Below are positions 1 to 9,280 of a DNA stretch of 64,000 nucleotides, one piece after another. Location: positions 4,231 through 68,230 of the forward strand of contig CALCCG010000004.1 in the NCBI GenBank assembly GCA_937899785.1, in the 5' to 3' direction. The DNA is from an uncultured Erythrobacter sp. (lineage in GTDB: Bacteria; Pseudomonadota; Alphaproteobacteria; Sphingomonadales; Sphingomonadaceae). The notes under the pieces were generated by a model. It was given only the letters and a program-made list of their open reading frames with translations, was not told the origin of the DNA and ran no database searches. The position numbers and the translations under genes were made by a program. Each line of letters begins with the position of its first letter. The first letter of the stretch is position 1.

Positions 1-1014
1 GGCCTGCCGTGCTGCACTGGAGTCGAGAAAACGCATGCAAGCCTCAGCAAGTTGCTCCACATCATTCGGAGCCACCAAATAGCCAGTTTTGCCGTCAACA
101 ACAACGTCCCGGCAGCCCGGCATATCAGTCGTGATAATTGGTCGACCGACTGCCCCTGCTTCCAACAGCGAGCGCGGCGTGCCTTCGTGATAGAAGGATG
201 GCAGCACAATACAGTGAGCTGCCTCAAGGACCGGTGCCACATCCTCTTTTGTACCGAGGTACTCAACAATCCCCTCAGAGATCCATTTATCAAGCTGCCC
301 TTGATCGACCGCGCTACGGCTATCCGGATCGAGCGGTCCCAGGAGTTGAAAACAGGCCTGTGGATGAGAAAGTCGAACAATTTTAGCAGCTTCCACATAG
401 ACACCCACGCCCTTGTCCCATAGCAATCGCCCAACAAGCAAGAAGCGGATCGACGCAGTTCGCTCCGGCATGGGCCTCACGGCGAACTTTTCTAGATTGA
501 CGCCTGAACCAGGCAACAAGTGCACACGGTCCTTTGGTATCAAACCAAGCTCAGTAAAGAGCGCCATGTCATGCGGGTTCTGGAAGAGAACAACGTGGGT
601 CCGCCTGAAGGCGATACGGTAAAGGAATATGACCAGACGGTTGAGCCACCCCTCCTTTTCGAAAGCTGGTCCAAGACCGGTCACGTTAGGCGCGAAAGGG
701 ATACCGAGGAGCTGACTTGAGACACCGCCATATATATTGTTCTTGATTGTAAAACTGAAGACGATCTCAGGTTTCAGGCGCCTAAACCAGTAAAAGATGG
801 CCGCCAAGAGCTTTATCTCAGACATCAATCCAACGCCGTTGCGCTTCATCGTGATGGGGATGAACGTGCACCCAAGTGCGCGCAGCCGCTCAACATAACC
901 ATCCGCTGGGGCCAAAACGGTCACACGGTGGCCCTGCTCAATGAAGCGCTGGATCAATCCTGCTCGAAAATTTGCTAGTTTGAAAGCGGTATTACCGGTA
1001 AGCAGGATATGCAT
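1..1014 (-). CDS. Glycosyltransferase family 4 (CapM/PglA-like), runs off the left edge; not in the ORF track
   Basis: Manual minus-strand translation from ATG 1014: MHILLTGNTAFKLANFRAGLI...FSFTIKNNIYGG...NVTGLG; near the window edge VLPSFYHEGTPRSLLEAGAVGRPIITTDMPGCRDVV (GT4 E-x7-E motif). Confidence 0.88.
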   Translation of the reverse strand, partial: MHILLTGNTAFKLANFRAGLIQRFIEQGHRVTVLAPADGYVERLRALGCTFIPITMKRNGVGLMSEIKLLAAIFYWFRRLKPEIVFSFTIKNNIYGGVSSQLLGIPFAPNVTGLGPAFEKEGWLNRLVIFLYRIAFRRTHVVLFQNPHDMALFTELGLIPKDRVHLLPGSGVNLEKFAVRPMPERTASIRFLLVGRLLWDKGVGVYVEAAKIVRLSHPQACFQLLGPLDPDSRSAVDQGQLDKWISEGIVEYLGTKEDVAPVLEAAHCIVLPSFYHEGTPRSLLEAGAVGRPIITTDMPGCRDVVVDGKTGYLVAPNDVEQLAEACMRFLDSSAARQA

Positions 1015-1367
1015 AGCTTAACCCAGAAAGCAATTTGTCATCGCGTACACGCCGTTACGCCAGACTTAGGATCAGCTCCGGCTTAATGATTTGATTTGGA
1101 TAGCGTATTTTATACGCTCAGTTTTTTCCTCCTATTCCATCGACCGCTTTCACGCGGCTGTCAATGAAGTTATTCGATTAGTCCGTTCGCCGAGGATCTT
1201 CGGCAATTCCCGTTACTGAGGCCCGGACGGCTGAGGCGACTTTTCTGGACGCTCGTCCTATTCTATCCGATTCAGGCCGAATTGACCCTCATTCGGGGGC
1301 AATCGCATGTCAAGATATGTCGGCAGGTGCCTAACGCAACAGATGCGACAAACACGAGGGGAAACCC

Positions 1368-2381
1368 ATGAAGACTGTATTCATCACCGGTTCGGCCGGG
1401 TTTATCGGCTTTCACCTCGCGCAGCTTTTGCTCAACGAAGGATTCCGAGTGGTCGGCTATGACGCGATGACCGACTATTACGATGTTCGCCTGAAAGAGC
1501 GGCGCCATCAAATGCTTCGCCAGAACGAACGCTTTCGCGCGGTTGAAGCCGCGCTTGAGGATTGGGACACACTTCACGCCTTCGTAATGGAGGAAAAGCC
1601 CGACGTGATCGTGCATCTCGCGGCGCAGGCGGGTGTGCGCTATAGCCTTGAAAATCCACGCGCTTATGTCGATGCCAACCTGGTGGGCGCGTTCAACGTG
1701 ATGGAGTGCGCGCGTGAATTGGACGTCGAGCATCTGCTGATGGCCTCAACCAGCTCGGTCTATGGCGCGAATGACGATATGCCGTTTGATGAACGGCAGA
1801 AATGCGACACGCCGCTCACGCTTTACGCGGCGACAAAGAAAGCCAACGAGGCGATGGCGCATTCTTACGCGCATTTGTGGAACCTGCCGACCACCATGTT
1901 CCGCTTCTTCACGGTCTATGGCCCGTGGGGCCGGCCCGACATGGCGCTGTTCAAGTTTACACGCGGGATCCTCGAAGGAACGCCGATCGACATCTACAAC
2001 CATGGCGAAATGCACCGCGACTTCACCTATGTGACCGATCTTGTGCGCGGCATTCGTTTGCTGATCGACGCCGTGCCGGTGCGGCCCGAAAGCACAGACG
2101 ATATCGCGACCTATGATAGCCTTTCCCCGGCGGCGCCATGGCGCGTCGTCAATATCGGCAATTCGGATAAGGTGCGGCTGCTCGATTTCGTCACCGCTAT
2201 CGAAGAGGAATGCGGGCGCGAGGCGATCAAGAACTTCATGCCGATGCAAAAGGGCGATGTTCCCGCCACCTGGGCCGACGCGACCTTGCTGCGCGAACTC
2301 ACTGGCTACACTCCGCAGACGGAGTTCCGCGACGGTGTGCGCCAGTTTGTTGCTTGGTATCGCGACTATTACCGTCAGTAG
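1368..2381 (+). CDS. NAD-dependent epimerase, UDP-glucuronate 4-epimerase-like (extended SDR)
   Basis: TGSAGFIG, HLAAQAGVRYSLENP, YAATK, FFTVYGPWGRPDMA motifs. Confidence 0.92.
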   Translation: MKTVFITGSAGFIGFHLAQLLLNEGFRVVGYDAMTDYYDVRLKERRHQMLRQNERFRAVEAALEDWDTLHAFVMEEKPDVIVHLAAQAGVRYSLENPRAYVDANLVGAFNVMECARELDVEHLLMASTSSVYGANDDMPFDERQKCDTPLTLYAATKKANEAMAHSYAHLWNLPTTMFRFFTVYGPWGRPDMALFKFTRGILEGTPIDIYNHGEMHRDFTYVTDLVRGIRLLIDAVPVRPESTDDIATYDSLSPAAPWRVVNIGNSDKVRLLDFVTAIEEECGREAIKNFMPMQKGDVPATWADATLLRELTGYTPQTEFRDGVRQFVAWYRDYYRQ

Positions 2382-2408
2382 AAAGCCGGCGCGGCGGAAG
2401 GGGTTGGC

Positions 2409-3083
2409 TTACCCGCCGGATTCGTCCGTCAGCGTCGGACCGACAACCGGCTCGGACACAGCCGGCGGAGCGTCAGCGGGTGCGTCAGCGATGGGAGGGG
2501 CGTCGGGCGAGGGTTCCACAAGGCCCGGGATTTCCTCGACTTCGCCCGGCAGCGGCGCGTCACGCTCGCGCTCAAGGCGATCGAGATACTCTCGCTCGAT
2601 CTGTTCGACGCGCTCCTGCTCGGCGGCGGCGCTGGCGTCAATCGTGGACAGGCGTTCTTGGCGTTGCTGTTCGATCAGTTGACCAAACCGAATGGACTCC
2701 GCTTCGTCCTTTTCTTCGTAGGCGCTCTCGATAAACTTCTGATTGCACCCGGTGAAACCGCCCGCACCAGCGGGGCTGCACGAAAACGCACCGAAATCAC
2801 CAACATATTTGAGCTTCTCGACCTCGCGCACGCGCGAGACATTTTGTGGGGAATCGCTCGCGCGGAGATTGGACGGAATGCGATAGCGCTCGGCCTCAAC
2901 CAGGATCTGGCAGACCACAATCTCGCCTTCTTCGGTCTGCTCGGGACACTCGTCCTCGCTGTAAGCGATAACCATGTTGACCTTGTCGCCAGCCTTGTCT
3001 TGCGCTCCCGCCGGAGCGGCGGCCGCAAACGCGCCGCTGGCCAACGCGGCCGCAAGGATGAGAGCTCTTTGCGATGAAACCAT
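2409..3083 (-). CDS. Secreted hypothetical protein with paired Cys motifs and an acidic Pro-rich tail
   Basis: Signal peptide (AGA-Q); CPE..EIVVC..ERYRIP and SCSPAGAGGFTGC motifs. Confidence 0.7.
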   Translation of the reverse strand: MVSSQRALILAAALASGAFAAAAPAGAQDKAGDKVNMVIAYSEDECPEQTEEGEIVVCQILVEAERYRIPSNLRASDSPQNVSRVREVEKLKYVGDFGAFSCSPAGAGGFTGCNQKFIESAYEEKDEAESIRFGQLIEQQRQERLSTIDASAAAEQERVEQIEREYLDRLERERDAPLPGEVEEIPGLVEPSPDAPPIADAPADAPPAVSEPVVGPTLTDESGG

Positions 3084-3240
3084 GGGCTTTTCCGATCCTA
3101 TCCTCGACGCCGCAGCGCAACGCGCTCGCTTGATTGTGCCTCTGAAGGCTACATGGACCTCGCTGAACCGCCTGTGAAGGCCATTTGCGACGCCTCGTGA
3201 ACAAAGGCTGGTCTGACGCGCGCTCAGTCTGATCGCTGAA

Positions 3241-3774
3241 TCAGACCCGTTCGCTTACCTTGATTGCGATCTTGCACCCCAACCGGATCGCGCCTGAAAG
3301 CAACGGATAGGCGGGCGCCTTCTCGGCGTCGTTCGCGAGCGCGGCGTCGCGATGCTCACGCTCTTCCTCTCGAAAGCGTTCGATCATGTCCGCGAGCTCT
3401 GGGTCGGCTCCGGTCTCCTGCAGCCGGTCAAGCTGTTCGGTGTAATGCCGATCAATCTCTTCTTCGACCGCAGCGGTGCAGGCCATAGCCGCCTCCGGGC
3501 CGAGCAAGGCCGTGCCCGCACCCAGCGCGTACCCAGCAGCGGACCAGAACGCGTGCAGCGCGGTAGGACGCACCCCACGTTTGGCCATCAGCGCGTCGAA
3601 TTCCTTGCGGTGAATTTCCTCATCTTCAGCCATGTGGCGAATTTCGGCCGAATGCGGCCCGCGATCGCCCATGACCGCCAGCTGCCCTTCGTAAATCCGC
3701 GTCGCGCCAAACTCGCCAGCCTGGTCGACCCGGATCATGCGGTGAATTTCGTTGCGGTCGACGGCGCTTGTCAT
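3241..3774 (-). CDS. coq7: Demethoxyubiquinone hydroxylase (Coq7 di-iron family)
   Basis: IRVDQAGEFGA..IYEGQ, EEIH, AVEEEIDRHY..Q, EEEREH; ATG 3774 overlaps the dsbB stop (ATGA). Confidence 0.92.
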   Translation of the reverse strand: MTSAVDRNEIHRMIRVDQAGEFGATRIYEGQLAVMGDRGPHSAEIRHMAEDEEIHRKEFDALMAKRGVRPTALHAFWSAAGYALGAGTALLGPEAAMACTAAVEEEIDRHYTEQLDRLQETGADPELADMIERFREEEREHRDAALANDAEKAPAYPLLSGAIRLGCKIAIKVSERV

Positions 3775-4238
3775 GATGTGGCTCGCTTTTGAGGGAGGAG
3801 GATCAGCGCCAAAATGGCGATCCCGCCCAGACATGAAAAGAGGAAATTGAAGCCGGCGAGTGAAATTCCGAAAAGGCTCCAAGGTGCGACATCGCAGCGC
3901 ACCAACGGGACCGCGTTCGGATCCATCACATCGCGCGAGAAATCAACCACCGCGCAAGGCGTGATCCCTTCCCACCAATCGTACTCGACACCGGCGTGGA
4001 ACCCGCCGATCAGGCCCGAGATGACAATCGCGACCGCCGCCAGGCCGACCCACAGACGCGGCGCGGGCGCTGCAAAGGCAAGCGCGGCGAGTGCCAGAGC
4101 GGCGAAATGGGGCCAGCGCTGCCACCAGCACATTTCGCACGGGAACAGCCCAAAGACATATTCGGAGATATACGCACCGCCCAAAAGACCGCCCGAAAGG
4201 GCGAGCGCCAACCAGCGCGCTTGCGCGATTCCCGTCAT
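3771..4238 (-). CDS. dsbB: Disulfide bond formation protein B family
   Basis: PCEMCWWQRWP motif, four hydrophobic segments, second Cys pair, FHAGVEY, LFGISLAG. Confidence 0.85.
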   Translation of the reverse strand: MTGIAQARWLALALSGGLLGGAYISEYVFGLFPCEMCWWQRWPHFAALALAALAFAAPAPRLWVGLAAVAIVISGLIGGFHAGVEYDWWEGITPCAVVDFSRDVMDPNAVPLVRCDVAPWSLFGISLAGFNFLFSCLGGIAILALILLPQKRATS

Positions 4239-4268
4239 GACCTGGCCTTTAAAGCGCCGCGCAGCCCC

Positions 4269-5606
4269 TTAGTCGAGCAACGCAACCGAACTCTTTGTCG
4301 TGCGGCGCAAGGTTTCGAGCGCATAGTGCAGCTGGAAGTCTTCAATGCCTTGCTCTTCGAGTTCCTCCGCGGTGAGCTGGAAGCGCGGATCGTCGATCTT
4401 ATCGGATTCCAGCGCCTCGTCCTTGAGGCCAAGCTCGTTCACCAGATGCCCGCGCAGATCGCTTTCGCGAGTCTGGTACTTCTCGCGCAGCGCCAAATCG
4501 GGATCGGACAGCTGCGGCACTTTGATGTCGGGCGCAATTCCGCCTTCTTGCACCGATTTGCCCGAAGGTGTGAAATAACGAGCCGTCGTCAGCTTGAGCG
4601 CAGCGTCGCGGCCCAGCGGCAAGAGCGACTGGACCGAGCCTTTTCCAAAGCTGCGCTCGCCCATGATCAGCGCCCGGCGGTGATCTTGCAGCGCGCCCGC
4701 CACAATTTCGGATGCCGACGCGGAACCCGCGTCGATCAGCACGATCAACGGAACACCTTCAGCCATGTCGCCGCGGAAAATCTCCTCCGCGTCGTAGAGC
4801 AGCGTTTCACCGCGCGCGCGGCCACGTTGCGAGACGATACGACCTTTGGACAAAAACAGATCCGAAAGCGCGACGGCTTCATCAAGGCTTCCACCCGGAT
4901 TGGAACGCAAATCAAGCACCAGGCCGCTCATCCGCCCGGTCGCTTCTTCCTGCATCATGCGCCAGGCCTTGTAGACATCCGCGCCGACATCCGCCGAAAA
5001 CTCATTGACCATGATGTGGCCGATATTGCCCGGCATCAGCTCGTGGGTCACCGGCTCAAGCTCAATCACGCCGCGCGTCACGTCCACCTCGAACGGCTCA
5101 TCGCGGCCCGGACGGAAAATCGTCAGCTCGATCGACGTGCCCGCTTTGCCGCGCATGCGAGCGACCGCGTCGTCAAGCTCGCCGCCATAGATGAGCTCGC
5201 CATCAAGGTGCGTGATGTAGTCGCCGGCCTTCAGGCCGGCTTCGTCGGCGGGCGAACCTCGAAACGGCGAGATGATCTTCACCGCGCCATCTTCCTGCAC
5301 AACCGAAAGGCCAAGGCCCGAATAATTGCCATCGATCATCGTTTCGAGGCGCTGGAGATCGCTGCCGTCGAGATATCCCGAATGCGGATCAAGCGAAGCC
5401 AGCATGCCGTCAATCGCGCCGCGCACCAGTTGATCGTCGCTGACATCCTCGACATAGCTCGCCTTGATCCGTTGGTAGGTCGCAAAAAGCTTGGAGAATT
5501 CCGGTCCCGCACGGCCATCAACTTGCGCCATTGAAGCGGTCGTGGCGGGGATAAGGGCGACAGCGGTGACGAGCGCGGCGGTCCGAGCGAGAGCAGCAAT
5601 TTTCAT
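4269..5606 (-). CDS. ctpA: S41 carboxy-terminal processing protease with PDZ domain
   Basis: LDPHS, GLGL (PDZ), LDLRSNPGGSL, SASASEIVAGALQD, SFGKGSVQ; signal peptide from ATG 5606. Confidence 0.92.
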   Translation of the reverse strand: MKIAALARTAALVTAVALIPATTASMAQVDGRAGPEFSKLFATYQRIKASYVEDVSDDQLVRGAIDGMLASLDPHSGYLDGSDLQRLETMIDGNYSGLGLSVVQEDGAVKIISPFRGSPADEAGLKAGDYITHLDGELIYGGELDDAVARMRGKAGTSIELTIFRPGRDEPFEVDVTRGVIELEPVTHELMPGNIGHIMVNEFSADVGADVYKAWRMMQEEATGRMSGLVLDLRSNPGGSLDEAVALSDLFLSKGRIVSQRGRARGETLLYDAEEIFRGDMAEGVPLIVLIDAGSASASEIVAGALQDHRRALIMGERSFGKGSVQSLLPLGRDAALKLTTARYFTPSGKSVQEGGIAPDIKVPQLSDPDLALREKYQTRESDLRGHLVNELGLKDEALESDKIDDPRFQLTAEELEEQGIEDFQLHYALETLRRTTKSSVALLD

Positions 5607-5763
5607 GAGGTTGAGAGGCTCCTTTTGAACACATTCGTATAGGCTTGCGCGCCTGAACGCCAGATGAGACCGTGTAACGGACGATCGCGCGTCCCGCATC
5701 GGGGCAAATTCGACACGGGGTCTGATTAAGCTACGCACCACGGCGCGAATTGGTTTCAAGCGA

Positions 5764-7017
5764 TTACTTCAAATAATCTATGGGGTTAACCGGCTCGCCT
5801 TGATTGCGCAGCTCCACACCGATCACGCCCCCTTCCCCATCGGCTACACCAAGGGGTGCTCCTCCTATGACACGGTCACCGACCTCTACATCAACCCGTG
5901 ACAAGCCCGTTATGAGACTGGTCAGACCATCCGCGTGCTCGATAATGACGATTCGGCCAAAGCCCTCATAGGGGCCCGAAAAGACGACCCGCCCGCGTGC
6001 AGGTGAAACAATTTGCGCACCCGGTTCAGGGCTCAGCGTAAGGCCTTTGGAACGCAGACCGCTCGCGCGTTGTTCTCCAAAGCCGGTGATCGTTCGGCCC
6101 TGGACCGGGAGCTGGAAGCGGGTCGGCGGGGCGGTGACCGGCAGCGCCGCCGGTGGAGCGTCGGGAGCTTGCGCCGACACCATCGCTTGCGACGTTTCCT
6201 TTGGATTATCGGGTCGCAACACCGGACCGGGAAAGGCCGCCAGAGTGGCGCGCAAGCGGGCGTTCTCGTCCAATCGTTTGATCAGGCCATCCAGATCGCG
6301 AGCCTCTTCAGCGAGGACGAGCGCACGCTCCCCTTCGCGGGCCGCGTTGCCCCGCGCCTCGGTCAACGCAAGACGCTGCCGTGCCTCAACCGCCGCGAGT
6401 GCGCCGCGCTTTGTCTTAAGTTGATCCTCGCTGCCGCGCAGCTGGGTCAGCGCTCGGCGGGCGCGGCGCTCCAACGTACGGCCCTCCTCCAGCTCGCTGC
6501 GCAAAGTCGCCGTGCGAGCCCGGATCTGCGGCACCGCGCTGTCGAGCACCGCGCGCACATAGACTAGGTCTTTGAGCGAGCCGGGCTGAAAGGCCGAGAG
6601 CGCAAGCGGGCGACGAGCGGTGGTTTGCAAGGCCGCGGTAAGCCTGACAAGCGGCTGCTGGCGGTTAGCGAGCCGGTTGGCCAGACGCGCGCGCTCGACC
6701 TGCGCCAAAGAGTATCGCGCCCGCGCCGCGATGATCTGCGCTTCGGTTTGCTGGATTTGTGCGGCGAGCGCCGCCGCTTGGCGCACGGCGCGCTCAGTGG
6801 CCTCGCTGGCGGCTTCAGCCTCGCGCGCAAACCGCTCAGCGCGCGCTTCGGCTTGTTCTCCCGCCTTCGTCGCGCTCTCCAATTGCTCGCGCGCTTCGTC
6901 GGGGGACAGGATCGCGACCTCGCGTTGGGCCCGCCCACTAGGGGCCGTTGCGATAACAAGCCCAAGAGCGGCGGCCAGGATTCCAACAGCGACAGAGGTT
7001 TTCAACGGCACGCCCAC
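5764..7017 (-). CDS. envC: Murein hydrolase activator EnvC family (coiled coil plus degenerate M23)
   Basis: Long coiled coil; C-terminal LytM fold (PVQG..FGE, GPYEGFGRIVIIEH) lacking Zn ligands; position between rlmH and ctpA. Confidence 0.82.
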   Translation of the reverse strand: MGVPLKTSVAVGILAAALGLVIATAPSGRAQREVAILSPDEAREQLESATKAGEQAEARAERFAREAEAASEATERAVRQAAALAAQIQQTEAQIIAARARYSLAQVERARLANRLANRQQPLVRLTAALQTTARRPLALSAFQPGSLKDLVYVRAVLDSAVPQIRARTATLRSELEEGRTLERRARRALTQLRGSEDQLKTKRGALAAVEARQRLALTEARGNAAREGERALVLAEEARDLDGLIKRLDENARLRATLAAFPGPVLRPDNPKETSQAMVSAQAPDAPPAALPVTAPPTRFQLPVQGRTITGFGEQRASGLRSKGLTLSPEPGAQIVSPARGRVVFSGPYEGFGRIVIIEHADGLTSLITGLSRVDVEVGDRVIGGAPLGVADGEGGVIGVELRNQGEPVNPIDYLK

Positions 7018-7019
7018 TC

Positions 7020-7439
7020 TTATGCCCGATGATAGGGATGTCCGGCAAGGATACTGGTCGCGCGGTAGAGTTGCTCCATCAGCATCGCGCGCGCCATCAA
7101 GTGCGGCCAGGTCGCGGGACCGAAGGCGAGTAGCAGGTCCGCCTGCGCGCGGTCCTCTTTTGAATGCCCATCCGCTGCACCCAGGACAAACCGCGCTTCA
7201 CGCAGGCCATCATCGCGCCAACGGCCCAACAAATGCGCGAAGTCTTCGGAACCCATGGTTTTGCCACGCTCATCCAAAAGCACGGTCTTGCAAGGGATTT
7301 GCGGATCGGGATGGCGCCCACCGATCTCGGGCAGTTCGGTCAGCCTCACTGGCCAGGTCAGCCGCTTTTCATAACGCGCGACAAGCTCCGCCTCGGGCGA
7401 GCGAGCGATCTTTCCGCGGGCGATGACATGAAGCAGAAT
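7020..7439 (-). CDS. rlmH: 23S rRNA pseudouridine-1915 N3-methyltransferase; apparent ATT start
   Basis: LDERGK, FVLGAADG, FGPATWPH.MARAMLMEQLYRA..IL.GHPYH; homologous region starts at ATT-CTG-CTT, 9 nt after AAGGA. Confidence 0.92.
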   Translation of the reverse strand: MLLHVIARGKIARSPEAELVARYEKRLTWPVRLTELPEIGGRHPDPQIPCKTVLLDERGKTMGSEDFAHLLGRWRDDGLREARFVLGAADGHSKEDRAQADLLLAFGPATWPHLMARAMLMEQLYRATSILAGHPYHRA

Positions 7440-7474
7440 TGGAGTGCGTCCTTGTTGTAGAGTTTTTGTTTCAT

Positions 7475-7713
7475 GCTCGCCCGTCCGGGCGAGCGTCCTC
7501 GCTAGATGTCCTGCGGGGAACATTCCTCTGCGGACCCGCTGCGGGCGGACGGTCGTCCTTGCGGTTTGCTGTCGCAAACCGTTCCCAGAGCTTACCTTGC
7601 TCGGTCGCGCGGTTTCGAAATCTACGATCTCGCAAGCGCGACCGCAGGTGCCAAGAAGCCGAAGATTCGGCGTAGGGAACAGCACCGAGGACGCTCCCGC
7701 GGATGCGGGAGCG
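7475..7713. repeat. Composite GC-rich palindromic (REP/MITE-like) element made of two related units in inverted orientation
   Basis: Hairpins GCTCGCCC-gtcc-GGGCGAGC (7475-7494), CGGTTTGC-tgtc-GCAAACCG (7562-7581), CGCTCCCGC-ggat-GCGGGAGCG (7692-7713); 11-bp inverted repeat GAGCGTCCTCG (7491-7501) / CGAGGACGCTC (7686-7696). Confidence 0.65.
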
Positions 7714-7718
7714 AAAAC

Positions 7719-8135
7719 CTAAGACGCCTGCGCCTCGCCGCTCTCGAACGACCACATGCGCTCAAGATTGTAAAAGCTGCGCACTTCGGGTCGAAACAGG
7801 TGGACGACCACATCGCCCGCATCGATCAGCACCCAATCCGCCGCCGGGAGCCCTTCGACCCGCGCCGGACCATATCCGTCCTGCTTGACCTTTTCGGCCA
7901 GCTTTTGCGCCATGGCGGCAACCTGCCGGGTCGAACGTCCGCTGGCGATCACCATGAAATCGGCGACCGAGCTCTTCCCCTCCAGTGGGATCGAGACGAC
8001 CTCGATCGCCTGGTCATCATCCAGCTGAGCAAGGACCAGTTCGTGTAGATCATCAACGGTGTCAGCCGGCATGGACGCCAACCCGTTTGTGCTTTTGTGC
8101 CTTGGCGTCACCAAGTTTGCCTGTGGTTGTGACAA
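7719..8135 (-). CDS. rsfS: Ribosome silencing factor
   Basis: DFMVIASGRSTRQV, DWVLIDAGDVVVHLFRPEVRSFYNLERMW; TTG start after GGAG (start uncertain). Confidence 0.93.
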   Translation of the reverse strand: MSQPQANLVTPRHKSTNGLASMPADTVDDLHELVLAQLDDDQAIEVVSIPLEGKSSVADFMVIASGRSTRQVAAMAQKLAEKVKQDGYGPARVEGLPAADWVLIDAGDVVVHLFRPEVRSFYNLERMWSFESGEAQAS

Positions 8136-8216
8136 GCATTGTTCTCCAGATTTCAGGGCAATGAAATGGGATAGGTCCACCGGCGAACAAGGGGCGGGAC
8201 GACAAGGCAGCTGGCC

Positions 8217-8897
8217 TCATGCGTCGTCCCAACCTTCGATACGACGAAATGTAAGCCGATCCCGCGGCGCGGCGCCGTGGCTCAAAACGTGCGTTCCGCC
8301 CAAAAGATCAGACGCCCATTCGGCGTTCGCACGGCGAATAGCCGAGGCTGAGCGATGGTCTGGATCGAAACGCAAAAACACCAGGGCCGGTGCGCTCCAT
8401 TGCCCCCGTTTCCGAAAACCAGCCGCAGACACCGAGTAGCGCCTGAGCCAGGCCATGGCGGGGCTCGTCATGGCGTCTGCGTTATAACCCGGGCGCGCAA
8501 TCACTGCAATCGGAACTGTCCGTGCGATGGTTCTCCAACCCTTCCACAAATGAAACTGCGCAAGGTTATCCGCCCCCATAAGCCACACAAATTCGCGGTT
8601 TGGGTAGCGCTGCACAAGCCGTGTCAAAGTATCCACAGTGTAGCGCGTTCCAAGCTCCAGCTCGATCGCGGTCGGCACGATACGAGCGCGCCGGGCCTGC
8701 AGCTCAGCCGATTTCAAGCGGGCGTGTAAATTCGCCATATCGTCGCCGGGCTTGAGCGGATTGCCGGGCGAAACCAGCCACCATGCGGTGTCGAGCCCTA
8801 AGGCGTCCATCGCGAAACGCGTTAAGCGACGATGCCCGCCATGGGCCGGGTTGAAGCTGCCCCCCAAAAGGCCAACGCGTCGCGCAAGGGCGGTCAT
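8217..8897 (-). CDS. nadD: Nicotinate-nucleotide adenylyltransferase
   Basis: GLLGGSFNPAHGGH, VSPGNPLK, YTVDTL, WLMGADNL, ARPGY, SASAIR. Confidence 0.93.
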   Translation of the reverse strand: MTALARRVGLLGGSFNPAHGGHRRLTRFAMDALGLDTAWWLVSPGNPLKPGDDMANLHARLKSAELQARRARIVPTAIELELGTRYTVDTLTRLVQRYPNREFVWLMGADNLAQFHLWKGWRTIARTVPIAVIARPGYNADAMTSPAMAWLRRYSVSAAGFRKRGQWSAPALVFLRFDPDHRSASAIRRANAEWASDLLGGTHVLSHGAAPRDRLTFRRIEGWDDA

Positions 8898-9280
8898 ACC
8901 AAGATAGGACGGCGCAAAGCTGCGGGGTTCACCGCAGGATCGCGCGCGTTCCACAGCGCTCTATAGGCGCGCCACACAGAACGGTTAAGGCGGCTGTCTT
9001 GATCATCACCTCCGCTCCTAGCAGTCACGCTTACGTCTGTCAGGCGGCTTGTCGTCAAGTCGACTCGACAGCCTTGGGAAAGGCCACAGAACCGCCCGCC
9101 AGAAGCTGCCACATTCGTCGCAAGAGGCAAAAAATTAGCAGAAAAGCGATTCTTGCTCCAAGCTGAACAGTTCATCGTGAAATACGTTCGCTTCGGCGGT
9201 TCCGTAGTTGTATGCAATCGACCCTTAACCTTGCCCTTGATAGCCCGAACGCAAGATTTGATAGAAATCGCGGGGCAGCG

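Noticed and set aside
3996-5534. 512-aa plus-strand ORF
   Set aside because: Antisense shadow of ctpA/dsbB with no motifs; typical of high-GC codon bias
7475-7713. CRISPR array, tRNA or IS element
   Set aside because: No regularly spaced direct repeats, cloverleaf or transposase; kept only as a palindromic repeat
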